In this document: positions 1-12,892 of the stretch, one piece after another
Numbering within the stretch: the first letter of the stretch is position 1
Layout: every line of letters begins with the position of its first letter
NCBI RefSeq assembly: GCF_009914755.1
Contig: NC_060948.1
DNA length: 64,000 nucleotides
Strand: one strand, 5' to 3'
Origin: the human T2T-CHM13v2.0 reference genome, Homo sapiens
Notes under the pieces: generated by a model
Seen by the model: the letters and a program-made list of their open reading frames with translations, nothing else
Database searches by the model: none
Told to the model about the DNA's origin: nothing
Translations under genes and position numbers: made by a program

Positions 1-363
1 ATCAGCATAAGAATTTTCAAAATGATGTGAAATCCAAATGTGGAATTATATTTGTGAACTTTGTCTTTCAAATTATATTTTCATACCAACTAACTCACAC
101 AGTTTTATGTAACTATCTGAATATTCTCCTCAGGTGGGGGAAAACCAGTGTCAGAGTTCTTGAAGAATTTATGAAATAGAAAATGACAATAGTACATAAG
201 GTTTTACCTATTCACAATACTGTATTTAGTGAATGAAAACATTACTTTTAAAATCCTACTTAAGTACTGAGTAAATAAATAAAGCATATTATTCCAATAA
301 CTCTAAAGTATGTGTTCATGAAGAAAATACAGCAAGGGTTAAAATGCATAAACAAACAAATGA

Positions 364-673
364 GGCCAGGCATGATGGCTTGTGCCTGTAAGCCCAGCAT
401 TTTGAGAGGCCAAGGCAGGCAGATAACTTGAGGTCAGGAGTTTGAGACCAGCATGGCAAACATGGTCAAACCCCATCTGGAGTAAAAATGCAAAAATCAG
501 CTGGACATGGTGGCATGTTCCTGTAATCACACTTCCTCGGGAAGGCTGAGGCAGGGGAATAACTTGAAGCTGGGAGGCAGGGGAATCACTTGAAGCTGGA
601 AGGCAGAGGTTGAGGTCAGCCAAGATCATGCCACTTCACTCTAGCCTGGGTAACAGAGAGAGATGCTGTCTCA

Positions 674-674
<1 letters not shown>
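364..674 (+). mobile_element. Alu SINE with an internal 26-bp tandem duplication
   Basis: Starts GGCCAGGCATGATGGCT, dimeric Alu structure, ends TGTCTCAA; 548-573 is repeated at 574-599. Confidence 0.92.

Positions 675-675
<1 letters not shown>

Positions 676-710
<35 letters not shown>
676..710. repeat. (CA)n microsatellite at Alu tail
   Basis: Directly visible CA run. Confidence 0.97.
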
Positions 711-712
<2 letters not shown>

Positions 713-1269
713 GGAAAAAAAAACTGTACTAGAAAAAGAGCTCACAGGCAAACTCACATATCTAACAGAAAAAAAAAGTGTTCTTTAAACAAAAGTTCCA
801 CAAGAGGCAAATTAAAAAAACAAATGTATCACTTTGCATATAAAGTACAAATAATAAATTAAAGAGAACCACAAGGGGAAAAAATAAAAATTTACAAGTA
901 AGTACTCTAAAAGAAGTTGAACGTCACTCAAAATTTTTCTGGATTCTATGTCTCTATATTGCAAAAATGATCATAAAATTTGCAGGAGCAGAACAATCAA
1001 AATGTATCTTAAAACTCAACAATGAGCTAGCTATCCCTTGAGCCTTGCTTCTCACCCACTGACCTTAGACACTTATGCCTATTAGGTGACTTAAGATTCC
1101 CTAATCCTGAAACATGAGTGTTACAGTTCCCTGAAGGCTCTTTCTCCTTCAGCCCATGGATGGCCTAGGATTGCTCACTGCACTCTCTTCCCTGAGGCTT
1201 GTGTTCTCCATGTGGGGCACAGCTCCAATAATCAAAAGCCCCTCAGTCCCAAGCCCAAGACTGCCTAAC

Positions 1270-1355
1270 CTGGCCTCCTCTCTGTTCCCTCTCTAACTGC
1301 CTCCCTCCCTCAGGAAGTACTGCAGGGGATTGAGCCACAGGCCCTGGCTGATGAT
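1270..1355 (-). pseudogene. TSPY: TSPY copy 1 exon 5
   Basis: IISQGLWLNPLQYF ... in-frame TAG ... CCAG|gttagg. Confidence 0.78.
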
Positions 1356-1473
1356 TGGGGGACTGCAGAAGTGGGTACAGGACAGGTTAGGTCATGGCTC
1401 AAAGCCAATTCCCCAGAGGCCAAGGAATGACCAGCAAGGTTTTTTTCCCATGATGCCCTACCGTGGTGCCCAC

Positions 1474-1618
1474 CTCAGCAATCCTGCCGGGACCTGGGTA
1501 GCCATGGTCAGCCAACTAGCTGAAGAAGGTCACATGGAGGTGCACTGCCTGAAGCTGGAGGCTTAACCTTCATGATCCCACAACCACTGGACTGCAGTGG
1601 AATGAGACACCCAGTTTC
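1474..1618 (-). pseudogene. TSPY: TSPY copy 1 exon 4
   Basis: SHSTAVQW ... RIAE|gtgggc, matching TSPY SHSTPIEW ... KIAE. Confidence 0.78.
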
Positions 1619-1704
1619 TTGGAGGGATGGGAAACAGGAAGTTTCAGGCCAGACCTACCCTCCCACACACAACTTCCACTACCATGCTGGGAGTCACTCC
1701 TGAC

Positions 1705-1817
1705 CGAGGATGCCAACACAGTACTCCTGAATGACCACTTCATTGTGGAAGTAAAGATTGTGACAAAAGGAAAACTTCATCCTGATGCCGGTACCCGGGG
1801 TGGCTGAGTTCCTCCAC
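1705..1817 (-). pseudogene. TSPY: TSPY copy 1 exon 3 (frameshifted)
   Basis: ag|GTG GAG GAA (VEE..HP) ... MKFSFCHNLYFHNEVVIQEYCVGIL|gtcagg. Confidence 0.8.
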
Positions 1818-2003
1818 CTCCCTGGCCAAGAGGGAGAAAGAAGATGGACTCAAAGGACCATTTCATGTACCTGGACTAAGGTGGCCTGCTACATGTGTTT
1901 TCCTTTCCCAGCTCTCCCTCTTAGATACCCCTGGGCCCCATGGGGACTTCAACCAGACCCAGATGCCTGACCCCTCCCGCTGATCCAGGCTCCGCAGCAT
2001 AAC

Positions 2004-2078
2004 CTGCAAATCCATCATGTAGCTCAGCAGGACTTCATCATTTATGATCTCAGCCCATATCTGGGTGTGCCCCACAAT
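2004..2078 (-). pseudogene. TSPY: TSPY copy 1 exon 2
   Basis: cag|ATT GTG GGG CAC ... TTG CAG|gtt; IVGHTQIWAEIINDEVLLSYMMDLQ. Confidence 0.82.
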
Positions 2079-3056
2079 CTGCTTCTGGTCTAGGAGCCAA
2101 CGGATGATTTGGGTGGGGGACATGATGTGAAACAACCTGCAACTTTGCAAGAGTATGGAGAGTATGGACAAGGCTGTCACCCAGGCCTTTGACCTGGCAC
2201 CACACCTTGGTGTGGTGGTCTTGGCAGAGGGTCAAGCCAGGCCCAGACAGCCTGCTGTGAAAAGGGGCAGGCACAGAAGAAGTGGGGAGAGGTTTAGGGG
2301 GTGGGGTGCTCTGGTGTGAGGCGGCTGCTTCCTCAGGGTTCCTGAGCTGCAGGAGGCCCTTATGTGCTGGGTGCTGGACAGGCTCTGCTGCTGTCCGAGT
2401 GTGCAGTGTCCTCTTCTAGTCTCCCTGAGGGGTGGATGTGTCCACCCGAGGGAATCTCTGTGGGTTGATGGGGCTGCAAGGCTGTGCCTGGCTCTCCCCA
2501 TGGGGCTCACACAGGTGCAACAGAGGCTATATATGCTCAGGGCCTACACCTCTTTGGATGCAGCACCAGCAGAGGGAAGAAAGTTTGTCCATGGAGCTGG
2601 TGCCTGCCTTGCAGAGGACAGCAGCCCAGTGCACATTGAACCTGAATCTTGAGCACCTTGTGTTTCTGGGGTAAGCCTGCTGGACACAGGTATGGGGAGC
2701 AGGGGTATTTCCATGGCTGGCATGGGCACACAGACTCCCCTTCCTCCAAGGACTCTCCCAGGGAAATGTGCCCTTCAACTTTCTGCTGTGCGTAAAGGGT
2801 CCTTTTGCGTTGCTCTTCTCTCTTGTGAGTGCTGTGATTTGCTTCCTGTTCCTATTCTACTTGCCCTCAGGGCACTCGCAAGCAAACTGCCCTCCTATCT
2901 GCAGAAGTCTGGCCCCTGCTCCCCTCATTGTCCTCCATCCCCTGACTCCTGGATGACCCCCTGTGCCTACCACCTGGCTCCTCCCAACCCCACTCCCAGG
3001 ACCTAGATGCCCACCCCCTGCTGCCAGGCATCCCAAATTGGCAGCTGCAAAGACAT

Positions 3057-3400
3057 GGCTCTGGCCCAGGAGCCGGGGATGCCCTGTGGTTTGAGGCATT
3101 TACAGAGCCCAGCTGCAAATGATGGACCTCCAGCGAGTCCGTTGCGGGCCGGGGCCTCCTGGGGCCAGGGACAGGTTCTGCCCAGTGGTCCTCCTGCTGC
3201 TGCTCCACGTCGGCCTCCTCCTTGGCCACCACTTCCACCTCTGCCGTGATGTCATCCACCAGTAGCACACCTCTTCCCCCCAGGCTGCCCTCTCCGGCAG
3301 AGCCTCCAGACTTAACACGGTGCCCTCCTAGGGCTCCCACAGACCAAGGTCTGAGCTGCTCACCCCCCGCCCCTGGCACCCCTAGACTCTGGGGGCCGCT
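3057..3400 (-). pseudogene. TSPY: TSPY copy 1 exon 1 (5' limit approximate)
   Basis: ORF 2867-3379 covers the TSPY N-terminus to GSVNA, then shifts frame; the expected donor reads ATGTCT instead of GT. Confidence 0.8.
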
Positions 3401-4330
3401 CCCCGAGAGGCCCCGGGGCCTCGCCTAGCTGAGAATCACGGTCTCACACCTGCGTGGACCCAGGATTACTGGGAAGCCCTGCAGGATCCATAGCCTTCCG
3501 CACTCGTCATGAGGCCCAGATTCCCTGCAGGGTTAGCTGCACACAGGAGCCCAGGAGCCGTAGGCAGAGGCCCTGGGCTTCCAGAGCCCCTCTGGCAGGC
3601 ACCGCGGCCAATGGGTGCTGAGCTTATGGGAGCCTCTGCGCCAGCAAGTCAGTGAACACAGGTCATCGGATGGGCAACCACGGCAGCTTGTCTCTGGTGT
3701 GCCCAGGGCATAGGACAAGAGAGCCTTTGGAATACCCCTGGGAGTAAAGCATCTCAGGGAGGAAGCATGGAACTTGGAGTCTGTATTTCCCTAGATCTGA
3801 AAAAGTCCTTGCGGGGTTTTGACTTCTGGTGCAGGCGAATTCCACCCCAGCAAGGTACCAGATGACTTTCCTCCCACGTGCCCGCCCTGCCCCACTCTCC
3901 GAAAGCCACCGCCGCTGCCCTTTCCCCAGCAGGCAGCGCTGGTCCCTCTCTCTGCCCTCTGGATCTGCAATATTCAGTACCATCAGCCTAGCCTGCCTAA
4001 TGAAGTGAGATGTTTCATGTGTTCTCTGTGGGTCAATGGCTTGCCACACTCAGAATACCAGTTAGGGTGTAGGTCGTCCATGCCCACAATTCCAAAGGGA
4101 GCACAGTCCATGTGTACCTGAACCCACCACCACCTAGCACAAGCATCTTCTCAGAGGAGGCTTACTGCGGAAGGATGGAGCTGCAGGCCAGCGTTGGGCA
4201 GGGCGCCTCGGGAGACGCCTACAGCCCTTGCAATAATTGGCCGACGCCCACCGCCCTCACAATGATTGGCCCTGGAGGTAGGGGAGATTTCCAGGCATGG
4301 CTTCTGGCTTCCTTCCAGCTCAGGCCAGTT
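3400..4330. promoter_or_regulatory. GC/CpG-rich interval between the divergent TSPY and RBMY 5' ends (putative promoter remnants)
   Basis: High GC, residual CpGs, CCAAT/ATTGG motifs near 3608, 4237 and 4265; lies between two divergent first exons. Confidence 0.5.
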
Positions 4331-4434
4331 CCGAGGATCTTTCCGGCAGTTGGCCCTGTGGTGTCCCGAAGCCGGATGCATACGACCTGAGGCCCGGGCG
4401 ACCCTGAGGCTGTTTGTCCTACTGAAAAGCACCT
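4310..4434 (+). pseudogene. RBMY: RBMY non-coding exon 1 (approximate)
   Basis: GC-rich segment resembling the RBMY 5' UTR as recalled, ending CACCT|gtaatt. Confidence 0.55.
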
Positions 4435-5069
4435 GTAATTTCTGTTTCTCTGCACAGGTTGGTCTTTTGGCAAGAATAGAAAGCAAAGGTTTGGGATTGT
4501 AGGGGGTGGGTTTTCTATGTGTGGGCGTTGAATTATGCAAGGAGACAGTGGGGAGAGAATTCCTTAGTGCTATTAAGAAACTCATTTTTGTTAAACTCTG
4601 ATTTTTCTTGAGGATTCTGCCTTTAACCGTCGGACATGTCTGACATGTGGGCAAGTCGTGGGAGATGGTGCTGCGGTGCCATTATTTTCATGTGCACTTT
4701 TTATTAAAGCAGTTTTTCTCTGTGAATGTGGTCATAATTCAAAATATATGCAATATACTTAACCACCGCGATTAAATACCTGTACTTTTAGTCAGCACAT
4801 GTCACGTATGTGATTTGCTTGGTGAGAATTATCAAATTTTGGCATACTTTAGTGTATGTAGCCGTCTGGGGCTATACATTACCTCAGTTCAAATTTGCCT
4901 CTGTAAAGCCTGTAATTGTCTCTTTCCTTGTATGACAGTATTTGAAACATGTTTCCTGTATCTGTGGCCCCTAAGTAATTTAAACCGAGTAACTGGGTGT
5001 AATCAAGTTAAATGGAGTCGGATAGACTTAAATGAAAACAAAATAAATCCGCTCAAGTTATTCTATTAC

Positions 5070-5170
5070 CCTGGCACACGGACTTACTCTTGTAATCCTA
5101 GCATTTTGGGAAGTGGAAGTAGGAGGATGGCTTGAGGTCAGGAGTTGGAGATCAGCCTCGATAACATATG
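5070..5170 (+). mobile_element. Alu left-monomer/FLAM fragment
   Basis: TGTAATCCTAGCATTTTGGGA...GAGGTCAGGAGTTGGAGATCAGCC. Confidence 0.75.
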
Positions 5171-5185
5171 GGCTCCTTTAATCGA

Positions 5186-5569
5186 TTGCCATTTTTGCAC
5201 CAGGGACCGGTTTAGTGGAAGATAATTTTTCCTCAGACAAGTGTTGCCCAGGGGAAGAAGGCAGTGAGATGGACACGTTTAGGGGTGGGGGCTGCTGGCA
5301 GGGCCCCGAGGGCCACGTGGTGGGGTGGGGCTTCTGGTGGCAGCAGTGTGACAGGGGACAGGTGGGGCAGCAGGGCTGCCATAGGGACAGGGTGGGGCAG
5401 CGGGATTCCGGGGGAAGGCTGGGGAGGATGGTTTCTTGATGAAACTGTGCCACCTCAGGTCATCCTCAGGCATTACACTCCCCACAGACAGGTATTACAG
5501 GTTATCCCCAGGCATTACATTCAGGCCACCGACAGGTATACTGTGAAGGCCAGTGTTTGGGGATCCTTG
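5186..5569 (+). mobile_element. MER1-like hAT-Charlie DNA transposon with an expanded G-rich centre
   Basis: TTTTTGCACCAGGGACCGGTTTAGTGGAAGATAATTTTTCC and GGATGGTTTCTTGATGAAACTGTGCCACCTCAG match recalled MER1; end TTGGGGATCCTTG resembles the TIR. Confidence 0.7.
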
Positions 5570-5675
5570 ATCTATTATATATTTCAAATCACTAAAAAGA
5601 TGGTAAAATATTTAAAATGATCTCCCCCTAGAATATTTTAATTAGCTCGATTTAATCTTCCATCCAAATATCAAG

Positions 5676-5938
5676 CTAGGCGTGGTGGTTCACACTTGAA
5701 ATCCCATCACTTTGGTAGTCCCAGGCTGGCGGAGTGCTTGAGCCCAGGATTTGGAGACCAGCTTGGGCAATATAAGGAAAACCGTGTCTATTTAAAAAAA
5801 CACAGAAAAATTGCCCAGCCAGCTACTTGGGAAGCTGAAACGTGGGAGGATCATTTGAGGCTGGCTGGAGGAGGCTGCAGTAAGCAGTGCACTTTGGCAA
5901 CAGGAGATATACATCTCAAGCAAAAAAAAAAAAAAAAT
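5676..5938 (+). mobile_element. Old Alu SINE (degraded)
   Basis: Alu dimer with A-rich linker and poly(A) tail. Confidence 0.85.
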
Positions 5939-6323
5939 ACACAAAACATCACACTGTACCTCATAAATATATAGTTTGCAAATAAAATTATTTAACTGGG
6001 GACATCCTTCATATTGCAATTTAGGAAAATTACAATAGCTTTTCTTATCTAATTTTTAGAAATGAGATTTTGCCACCTACGTAATAAAATGCAGCATTTC
6101 TCCATGAAGTCAGTGCCCCTTTTGCTCTGTAAGTTACAAATTTTAAATATTTAAAGTAAGAAATACTAACAAAATGTTAGCCTCTGGAAGGGAATTTTAC
6201 TTGAATTTTCAACACAGTATATAATAAAATTTTATCTTTTTAGCTTATTTTTATCAAAATAGAGTATTTTATTTTATTTTATTTATGTTATGTTATGTTA
6301 TGTTATTTATTTTCCATTTACAG

Positions 6324-6748
<425 letters not shown>

Positions 6749-6777
6749 TCAGAAGGTAACTCTTAAAGCCATGTGTA

Positions 6778-6779
<2 letters not shown>

Positions 6780-6815
<36 letters not shown>
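6780..6815. repeat. (TG)n microsatellite
   Basis: Directly visible. Confidence 0.97.
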
Positions 6816-6816
<1 letters not shown>

Positions 6817-7197
6817 TTTCATATGTATATTTCAATATGTATATTTAAAATATGTATTTTTGCAAAGTTCATTGTATACATACGTTAAAATGCCTAATCA
6901 TTTGTAAACTCTTATTTTGAAATAACTATTTGATATTTGAAAAATTCTCATAGCAACAGGTGAAGGGCCTGTGGTAAGGATCACTTACTACTTAGAAAGG
7001 AAAATGACGAAAATTAAATGTGTTGTGGAGTAAGGAAACAAACTGGAATAAAATAGGCTGACTATAGGGATGACTTAGTATTAATAATTATAGTAGTGAC
7101 GTGAAATGCAGTTTGTTTTTGGTTTGATGTAACTTTCAGATGGTTAGTACTTCAGTGAGTCCATTATATAATTGTAAAATGTTTTTATATATTTTAG

Positions 7198-7301
7198 TTC
7201 TTCTGATAAAGGGTTGAACCAGCAAGTCCAGAGACTTTGCGTTCGTTATTTTTGAGAATGCTGCAGATGCTAAGAATGCTGCCAAAGATATGAATGGAAA
7301 G
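7198..7301 (+). pseudogene. RBMY: RBMY exon 3 (RNP1 region), premature TGA at 7215-7217
   Basis: [34 protein letters not shown]|gtaaga. Confidence 0.93.
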
Positions 7302-8592
7302 GTAAGAGTCCCTTATTAATAATACTATAACTCTGGCTTTCAATTAACAGTATTTCTAGGTTTTTTTAGAATTACTAAAGTGTTAAAGATAGTAGAATGC
7401 CATATGGACCAAAATTCTTTAGCCATTCTCTTCTTTGTGCCATATACCTGAAAGTGTAGTTGGAAGGGTACTGCAATTAACATTATATAAATTAATATAT
7501 GGTAACTTTTTTCTATTTTTGTATTTCAATATTAGTGTAAATAGATTTTCAAAGGTTTCCAAGAGCATTAAAACCCAGAAGGAATCCCCCTGTAAGTGAA
7601 AGGACTAAGTGAGCATTCATTAAATGCTCTCAATGGACTTATTTCCAATTCATGGAAATACTTCTATAGTACATAAAAACTGTGGATAGATATCTAGACA
7701 GACTCACAAGAAGGAAAGATTCTCTCCCATTTTCTGAAAATATACTTTTGAGAAAGTATATTTAAATAAGAACTTTACAGTTAAGGAAGTGTTAAGTACT
7801 TGAAAATAGAAAATAATATCAGAACATCGAAGTTGGATAACAGAAGAAGGAACTGGAATTTTTACCCCATCCTTGCTCTTTTCTCCTAAGGACCTTTTTT
7901 TCCTCTCACCAGAGTAGTTTATGTAACATGAATATCTAACTGCTCATTTTCCCAGTGTGTTTGAGGACATGTTTTGATCAAAACAATCGTCTCTTGTCCT
8001 ATTGAGTCTTAAATCTAGGGAATGTGTGTTTACTAAAGCTTTAAAATTTTATGTAATTCTACTAAGTATTGAATTCCTTTACATTCTAGTCAAGATAATT
8101 CCATTCTGGGCCCTTTAGAGCTTTTTTGCTTTATAACGTTATCCCAATCTGTTATCTCCTGTTGCTCTTTATGCTACCCCTAAAATGCTTTTCTGAACTC
8201 TTGAAAACTATTCTTTCATATGTATGTCTCAAAAATAACAATTCATCCTTCAAAAACAACTTTGATTTCATATTTTCTTCCACATTGCATATCATAGATA
8301 TTCTGTACTCACTGTACCACATATTAGTCTATAGATTGTTAAATTGTCTACAGGGCATATTTAAGGCTTCCTAGTTGCTTTTATTTCTGTTACATCTAGT
8401 ACACTTGGTGGCACATAGCAGAAAGTACATTTTTATTCACTCTTATAAATTAATATTTTAAGCTGTGGTAGAAACCCAGAGTAGCTTTTGATTCATGGCT
8501 TTGTGGTAGTTATGGAGATAATTTTTACTTATTTATAGTCATCTATGATCATTTCTTTTTCCCCCCTAGTTTTCAAGCACAAGAGCAGGTAA

Positions 8593-8912
<320 letters not shown>

Positions 8913-9986
8913 AATGGTTATTTTTGAATTACTTCATCTCACATATTTTATTGTGTAAGCATAAATATGAATGTTATATGCACATAAATGTTAAGATAGC
9001 CAACAAAGGAGATTCTTAGAGTTTTCAGGGGCAATTAAAAGTTTAAGGAATTTTGACTGACTTTGGAACACTGGGAAGGAAGCAGCCATGCACAAATCTG
9101 GGGAAAATATTTTGGGCCCAGAAATAACAAAAGAAGTTTCAAGGTAGGAACAACTGGTGATGTGGCTGCAAGGGGTCTTGTAAGGGATTTAAGATCTTCC
9201 CCCAAATAACAAAAACCATGTAATTTTAAAAGAGTTATTTATTATCTGAACTGTTTTCAAAAATTACTTTGTCCTATAGAAAAGATTATACTGAAAAATG
9301 TTATTGTGAAATTAATTAGCACATTTAAGCATTTCTGAGAAACAACATGAAGTACTATATTAAGAGTCATTTTTTAGGGGCACGTCTAAGGCAAAATAAG
9401 AAATGAATAAGGCAAGAAAACTTAATGAGATCAAACAAGGATCACATTTACAGAAACGTTTCTAGAGTAAACACAGAATTATAAATCATATGGGGACATT
9501 TTATGTAAGTGTTAGCAGATCAAACAAGAAAGAACTCACAATAACTAATTTGACTAATCACTTTGAATAAGTAACCTCATTTTTTTAAATGACACAAGTT
9601 TCGTTGGGACACTGAAACTTTAAAATCAGTGATGTGAATACAAAGATGAAGTGGATTATATATTGTAAAAAAAAGATGTGCCACATTCTTCCATAGAATG
9701 TGTGATGGGTTAATCGTTTTGTTTGAGGTGTTATTTTTTTAATAATGAAGGAGTTTTCAAGGAATTTGAATAATAGAATTTGTGTTTGATCCCTTAATGG
9801 AAGGCATGTGTTCAGTAAATGTCTCATATTTGGTATTGTGAAAGACATGTTCATTTTAGGAGGAAAAAAAAGTTTGCTTTGGGAGAAAATATCTAGAATC
9901 AAACTATAGTTGATGTAAAAATGTTTGTAAAATGTGGTTAGGTTTATTCTTGCCAATGTTATTGATAGTACCCTTAATAATTTTAG

Positions 9987-10164
9987 TCTTCAGATGGAAA
10001 AGAAATAAAAGTAGAACAAGCAAAGAAATCATCTTTTCAAAGTGGTGGTAGGCGGAGACCACCAGCTTCTTCGAGAAACAGAAGCCCTTCAGGAAGTCTG
10101 AGATCTGCAAGAGGAAGTAGTGGAGGAACAGGAGGGTGGCTTCCCTCACATGAAGGACACTTGG
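9987..10164 (+). pseudogene. RBMY: RBMY exon 4
   Basis: [59 protein letters not shown]; AG/GT intact. Confidence 0.94.
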
Positions 10165-10895
10165 GTAATGTTTTAAAATATAAAGATGGAACTATAGGAC
10201 TGGAAGAAAATAAGTTTGAAGATATCAAAATTTCCCAATTTTATTTATTTCCTTTATGAACAGAAAATTAACATATTAATAAGAAGCAAAATTATTTCTA
10301 AGTACTAAAGTTGTATTATAAGAATTGTTGCTCTAATATCTAAAATTTGTTTTAAAATTATTATAACTTTGCATTGAAATAGCACAGATTTCAAACTGAA
10401 TTGAGTTTATTAACGCTGATTGCCTGTACTCAACAGGTGTTCTGAAGAACTCGTTTGTATTCATTATACTTCATAGAGTTTTCTACTTTGGGGCGCAGAA
10501 CTTCGTATCAGTTGTATTATCAAAATACAATGGAATATTTAACACTTTCCAACAGGAAAAAAAGTAATTCAGTACTTAGGATTGATTTTCCAATATTAGT
10601 TTTTTTTGTGTATACATGTGCAAACATGTATGCAAATCCATTGCTTTGTAACTTTCATACAGACAGTTTGTACATTGGCCTGCCATAAAGCATTTTCAAT
10701 TTAAGAAATGTAGAATTTTAATTTCTAAAAAGAGTCTGTGACTCTGGAAAGGACATAAAAACACTGCTTCACAGATATGTATGTATTTTTCTTGCTGGAA
10801 GGTGAGTCACTGAAAATGGTATTTATGAGTGATTTACACAATAGAAGTGAGGGGTCAATTTCCACATAAAAAAGAAAAACAAACCATGTATATGG

Positions 10896-11194
10896 GGGTG
10901 GGCAAGGTGGCTCATGCCTGTCATCTCAGCACTTGGGGAGTACGGGGCAGCTGGACCACAAGGTCAGGAGATCCATACCAGCCTGGCCAACATGGTGAAA
11001 CCCTGTCTCTCCTAAAAATACAAAAAAATTAGCCTGGTGTGGTGGCACGTACCTTTAATCTTAGCTACTCAGGAGGCTAAGGCAGGAGAATCACTGGAAC
11101 CTGGGAGGCAGAAGCTGCAGGTAGCTGACATAATGCCATTGCCCTCCAGCCTGGGCAGTAGGGCAAGAGTCCATCTCAATCAATCAATCAATAA
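10896..11194 (+). mobile_element. Alu SINE with (TCAA)n tail
   Basis: Alu dimer. Confidence 0.92.
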
Positions 11195-12049
11195 GCCTAT
11201 GAATTAACTTGTATTATCTGTTAACCAACCTTCAAAAATCTGTCATTTAATTTTGTGTTTTAATGACCAGATGTGTAATTAATTGGAGTTGTTTTTTAAA
11301 TTTGAAATTGCAGTGGTTGCTCCATTTTAAGATGTATAGCTTCATGGTTATTTTGTTTCCATTCATCTTGAGGGAGAGGTTCAATAATACTATGCCATGT
11401 ATGAGAATGTGCATATTCTAACCTATAACACCACCTACCAATTGCCATATGTCTACAGTTTTTGTACATATATATATAACTATTTTTTCTATTACTTAAT
11501 AAGCTATTCTTAAAGATTATTAAAATTTAACATAATCTAATCTGAAAATTAGTGTTTCATAAAGGAATTGTAAGAATTCTATACTATGTTAATGAATTTT
11601 AAAGATAATGTATTTTCTTGATGTGTCACCTTTTGATATTGTAAATATTTGAGTTTCTTTGAATGGAATTTAGTTTATGATATGCTATGAAAAATTTTCC
11701 TCATAACAGAATGATATAAACAATCAATTATCATTTTTCTTTAATATTTTTATGTATGTTATACTTAGATATTTTACTGATTGATATTTGCTCCCTGTTC
11801 ACTCCCCACTTTTCCTACATCTCTCTCTCACACCAATATATTATGATTCTTGAGTTTCTTTCTAGATTTTCTAAAAAGACTTTTATTGCTTGAATTGTAC
11901 TAATTTCATGTAGAAATGTTAATTTTATTAGTTTAGACAAATGTGAATTTGTAAGATTATAATATATAGAAAATCTTTATAAACAACTAAAACTTAGTCA
12001 TTCAAGAAAGTCATGCTAGTTAACTAAAATGATTTTGTTCAAAATACAG

Positions 12050-12202
12050 ATGATGATGGATACACTCTTGATCTCAACATGAGTTCTTCTAGGGGAGCCA
12101 TTCCAGTTAAAAGAGGTCCATCTTCACGAAGTGGAGGTCTTCCTCCTAAAAAATCTGCTCCTTCTGCTATGGCAAGAAGCAATAGTTGGATGGGAGGCCA
12201 AG
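12050..12202 (+). pseudogene. RBMY: RBMY exon 5
   Basis: [51 protein letters not shown]|gtaaat. Confidence 0.94.
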
Positions 12203-12604
12203 GTAAATGCTACCTGATAGAAAGACCATACTTTGTGTATGACTAAAAATGAGCTATTTTAACTGGATTCTTAAATTTAAGTTCATAGATTAAAAGATAA
12301 GCGACACATCATTGGGCATAATTACTGATCGATACCTTTTATTATAGTTTCTATCTCACTAGGTACACTCAGATTTATGTTGAAGAAATACACTTCTTCA
12401 TTTCTCATTGCAGATGAAAGAAGTGATTAGAGTGAGGCCAACATTCCTTTTAATCCTGTGTTTGCAAGATAATTCCCCTTAATATTTCTATAAGTTCTTA
12501 GAAGTATTCTTTGATGGTAGGCTTCTTCATCTAAAGAATTCTTCCATTTCCTAGGTCCCCTGGTAGTGGTGCCCTGGTGTCCCAATTGAAAATTTGCTTG
12601 TTGA

Positions 12605-12892
12605 GTTTCTTTGTTGGGTTGGAGTCTGGCTCTTACCAGGTCAGAGTGCCTTGGTGAAATGATGGCTTACTACCGCCTCAAATTCCTGGGCTCAAGCAAT
12701 TCTCCTGTTTCAGCCTCCTGAGTTGCTGCAATTACAGGCATGCATCACCACACCTAGCTAAATTTTTTTCCTGTATTTTTGTAGACAGGATGTCACTACA
12801 TTGTCAAAACTGACATTAAAGCCCAGGGCTCAAACAGTCCAGCTTCCTCAGCCTTCCACACTGGCTCACAGTGTGAGCTGCTGCGCCTGGCC
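12605..12892 (-). mobile_element. Old Alu (AluJ-like)
   Basis: Degraded antisense Alu, CTGGGCTCAAGCAATTCTCC. Confidence 0.8.

Larger units (their letters stand above)
1031..3400 (-). pseudogene. TSPY: Unprocessed TSPY-family (NAP/SET domain) pseudogene, copy 1; exons 1-5 present, truncated in intron 5
   Basis: Exon 1 VLLVDDITAEVEVVAKEE (TSPY1 VLLLDDIMAEVEVVAEEE); exon 2 HTQIWAEIINDEVLLSYMMDLQ; exon 3 NLYFHNEVVIQEY; exon 5 LWLNPLQY. Short introns 2-4 as in TSPY. Disabled by a 76-bp exon-1 deletion, a GT>AT donor and frameshifts. Confidence 0.9.
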
